Shown here: positions 60,501 to 64,000 of the stretch, in pieces | Numbering within the stretch: the stretch's first letter is position 1 | Layout of the letters: the number at the start of each line of letters is the position of its first letter | From: Eledone cirrhosa | Taxonomy: Eukaryota | Reading direction: 5' to 3' | Length of the DNA: 64,000 nucleotides | NCBI GenBank assembly: GCA_964016885.1 | Contig: OZ024743.1 | Location: 300,390,001 to 300,454,000 of the forward strand | The notes under the pieces: model-generated | What the model saw: only the letters and a program-made list of their open reading frames with translations | What the model was told of the DNA's origin: nothing | Databases searched by the model: none | Translations under genes and position numbers: made by a program

Positions 60501-60845
60501 TTACATATTAATGATTATCGCTCAAATCTGAACAGATATGTCAATATTCATATTCAATTAACATACGAACAGATTTCGAAACCAATGAATTAAACCATAC
60601 TTTACGTGTTACGTTCATATAAGCAACATATACCTGTTATATTTTTGGAGCATTTATATTTGCCCGTAAAGAATATTTATATTCAACAGAAATAATTTTT
60701 CCTTGCCACCCGCATGCCCGGCAATAATTATGAAGATTCTGGTTTGCATTATTAACTTGAATTTAGGGTCGATCTACAATTCTCAAAAGCTTTTGTTCAA
60801 AGTTACCTCAATGCCACAGCCGGCAGGATTAAAGGCGCGTATACA

Positions 60846-61182
60846 TCTATATATATAAAACTGGGGATGTCTGTCTGTGTGTGTGTGTGTGTGAGAGTTT
60901 GAATCCCGAAAACACAAGAAGCACCCAACCGACTGTTTTCAGATTTTACACATGTAATACTTATGTTACAAGGAGTGTTCTGAGCAAAGATTTCAATGCC
61001 CTAGGGACCGCATTAGACGATTTAGCAATCTTTCTCTATAATTCTTAGCCTTTCTCTTTTTCGATAGATACATACATATAACGTCGCGCCTTTATAATAT
61101 CTGTTTGTATGTCTGACTGTCTGCATTACGTCACTTCCCTGAGGATGTATGTGTGTGTGTGTGTATGTGTCTGTGTGTGAGT

Positions 61183-61213
<31 letters not shown>

Positions 61214-61728
61214 AGTGTGTGTGTGTATGCATGTGTCTGTGAGTTTGAATCCCTAAAACTCGAGAAATACCCTACCGACTCTTTTCAAACTTTACATGTT
61301 TATTACTTATTTTTCAGGGAGAGTTATGCACATAACTATTATGTATTAGTCAGTCTCTTCTTCATACTGTGAGCAAAGAAATTCCAAATTTTTTATGACC
61401 TAGGGCCCGCATTAGGTGAACAACTTTATCTTTTCAGCTTTTTAGGGCTTTTTTAAGGCGTTACGACTAGCCGATTTTTCTTAAATTTCAAGGCATATTA
61501 TGCAAATAAAAAAAATTAATTCTCTTGATCCCCTAAGGCCTGCATTAGGTGAAAACCTGCATTATTCTGGCTTCATCGAGGAAAATCTTAAAGATTATCC
61601 AGCCATCATAGTATTCGGTTTATTTTCTTTACATGTTGTCCATGCATGCAGTTTTTCCACGATTAGGTCTGTTGGCGGCCCGCGTTCCAAAATACCTTAT
61701 CCCGGGCAACGCCGGGTACCACTGCTAG
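60846..61728 (+). mobile_element. Non-autonomous Helitron
   Basis: 5' TC (a|tctatatatataaaa), subterminal hairpin cccgggcaacgccggg at 61701-61716 and 3' CTAG at 61725-61728 followed by T (A|T target). Internal partial duplication at 60895-61020 / 61240-61420. Confidence 0.85.
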
Positions 61729-62534
61729 TATATAATATAATCAGTGGATATATATATGCACAGCGATGTACATGTGTGTATGAGGGAATAGAGGTGAATG
61801 TGTATGCGTGTGTATGAATCTTAATATGATCATAAGAGTGTGGTAATACGCGATCTAGAATTATGATTCATAATATAATTCCCGATCGACTACATTTCTG
61901 TCGTATATTTCATTTAAACATTACATCCGGCCGTTTAAAAAATGATATAATAACATTGACATGTAATCGGGAATGAACATTTAAATGGTCACTCAGTAGC
62001 TGCTGCCCCGTGAGACACCACTTCGATTCACACACAAAAAGATGTCTCACATAATGGTTAAGTAGTTCGACTAACAATCGTAAGACCGTGGGTTCAATTC
62101 CAAGTGACGCGTTTTGACTTGAGCTAGGCAAATAATTTCCCGTTCAAGTTTTCCCCAAAATTCTTAAGTCGATGAGATGATCCCAGTCTGTCACACGTTT
62201 AATCCCTTTTAGAAATGACAAATTCTGGCAGTGTACACCTCAGCTTATCAGTTAAAGCATGCACCTGGCATATAGTAGGTTTGATTTGTCGCAGACGGCT
62301 ATATGCATTCATTCTGTTTAGATTCAGGCTGCAACATTTTTCAAATATTAATAGTGATCGAGTATTATTAGTATAGTTACATATGTTCTGGTAACCAAAT
62401 GTATATTTACACACACGAAGAAATGGAGGCGGGCTAGGACTTAATAACTGATGCAGATTCTTATCCAGTTGGTATTTCCAGCGTCCACATATCTACATAA
62501 CATATAAGTGTTTTTTTTATTTGCGTTTTAACAC

Positions 62535-62564
<30 letters not shown>

Positions 62565-62565
<1 letters not shown>

Positions 62566-63960
62566 AAAGAATAGAGGTGTAACACACAAGTTATTATATA
62601 TTGGTAAACGGAATAGAAAATGCTAACAAATTGTTCACAGTGAAAAATAGTTTAATTAGGAATAAGTGAGAATTAATAATTGTATTGGTTAGTATTCAGT
62701 TTTGGTTTTAAGTTTTACCGGTTGCGCATTTCTAATGCTTTTCAAAAATAATTTTGAGATAGAGCGTCCGTGATGTTTGCTCTGATCTGATTAGTTTTGG
62801 GAATTCTACCTCTTTTTATGTGAAAAATGTGGGTCCAGTGGTATTAAAATAAGTTTTGCGCCAATCATCCCAACTTCAGAATCTTTCCCCTCTACAAATT
62901 AAAAGATAATGCCACACCCAGCGCATCAGCAAGGAATCTTACTTTATTAACAAATACGGACCCCGTCTAAACACTTCTCCCTAAGACGAACCCACAATAT
63001 ACACACGTCAACATACATACCTACATCAGCAGACATCTCTACCCACATATAAACACAATGACATACGTAAACACACATGTTCTATGGTGCAACACTAATA
63101 TACACAAATTTGCATACCTTTTGATGTCTATAGATATAAACGTGCCGACACACACACATACATAAACGCACACATGCATTGCACAGTGATGGGCACATAC
63201 ATTTTTGTGCACAGGTATTCCAATACGGCAAAGCCTAATGAATTCCCCTTGCAGTACGTACAATCTGGACATACTCCAAATACATATTTGTACACAGGTA
63301 TACAATTTATGGACACACTCCAGATACATGTGTACAATTTGTGCACAAGTGTACAATTTGTGCACAAGTGTACAATTTGTGCACAGGTATACAATTTCTG
63401 GACACACTCCAGATACATATTTGTGCCCAGGTATTCCAACACGGCAAGGCCTTACAATCTGGACACACTTCAGATACATATTTGTGCACAGGTATACAAT
63501 TTCTGGACACACTCCAGATATATATTTGTGCACAGGTATTCCAATACGGCAAGGCCTAAGGGATCCCCCTTTCAGTACGTACAATCTGGACACACACACA
63601 CACTCACACACACCTTGGTATTATGCCAAGACTATATATCATTTCACACCTTTTATTATTAAGATTTTTCATGTTCTATTGAGAGAATCGATTTTACTGA
63701 AAATATCGAATAATGTACACCATTTTACCAGGAAAAAATACTGGTCCACCCACACACACACACACACACACTTCTCCGTATAAGACAAGAGCTGAAAAAT
63801 ATCTGTTAACATGTTAACATATCCCTCACTCACTTACAGACACATTCCTACTGACCATCCCTCTACCACGAATTACTCTACTACTACTACTACTACACAC
63901 ACACACACACACACACTTGTCTTAATAGGCATTTGAACTGTCAACATGCTGCGGGTCGCA
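62565..63960. mobile_element. Diverged Naiad-like PLE fragment: terminus followed by inverted EN C-terminus and 3' UTR
   Basis: 62565-62860 matches the 34608/39484 terminus. From 62860 it matches 39990-40750 (atcatcccaacttcagaatc...cgtctaaacacttctccctaa). Confidence 0.85.
63195..63595. repeat. Complex minisatellite inside the PLE 3' UTR
   Basis: Repeated modules tacatatttgtgcacaggtatacaatttctggacacactccaga (~44 bp), gtacaatttgtgcacaagt (~18-20 bp) and ggtattccaatacggcaaggcc. Confidence 0.8.
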
Positions 63961-64000
63961 CACCCATCCCTGCTGACCATTATCACAACAACGAACAATT

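Noticed and set aside
62045-62115. tRNA gene
   Set aside because: Only A/B-box-like words (taatggttaag, ggttcaattcc) without a full cloverleaf; more likely a decayed SINE head.

Overview
AT-rich eukaryotic repeat DNA with no recognisable host gene. The recurrent tRNA-derived SINE and the repeat landscape suggest a coleoid cephalopod such as Octopus (inference). The window is a nest of transposable elements inserted at (TA)n microsatellites. It holds two young Penelope-like elements (PLEs) with RT + GIY-YIG and large inverted duplications: Hydra-clade-like at 47.8-53.8 kb and Naiad/Neptune-like at 34.6-41.3 kb. It also holds older PLE remnants, two RTE-X-like LINE copies, an RTE/BovB-like LINE with three C-terminal C2H2 fingers, a full-length but decayed Tx1/L1 LINE, bipartite RTE-derived short elements, tRNA-SINEs and two non-autonomous Helitrons. 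The most notable signal is non-coding. I found by eye about 18 type I hammerhead ribozyme motifs (CUGANGA...GAAA...UH with pairable stems), intact or decayed, from about 7 sequence families. Two of these families are ORF-less ~440-470 bp repeats carrying one ribozyme per unit, i.e. candidate animal retrozyme-like or circular-RNA elements. Most short ORFs in the track are microsatellite artefacts. All folds and family assignments were made by inspection, not by computation.
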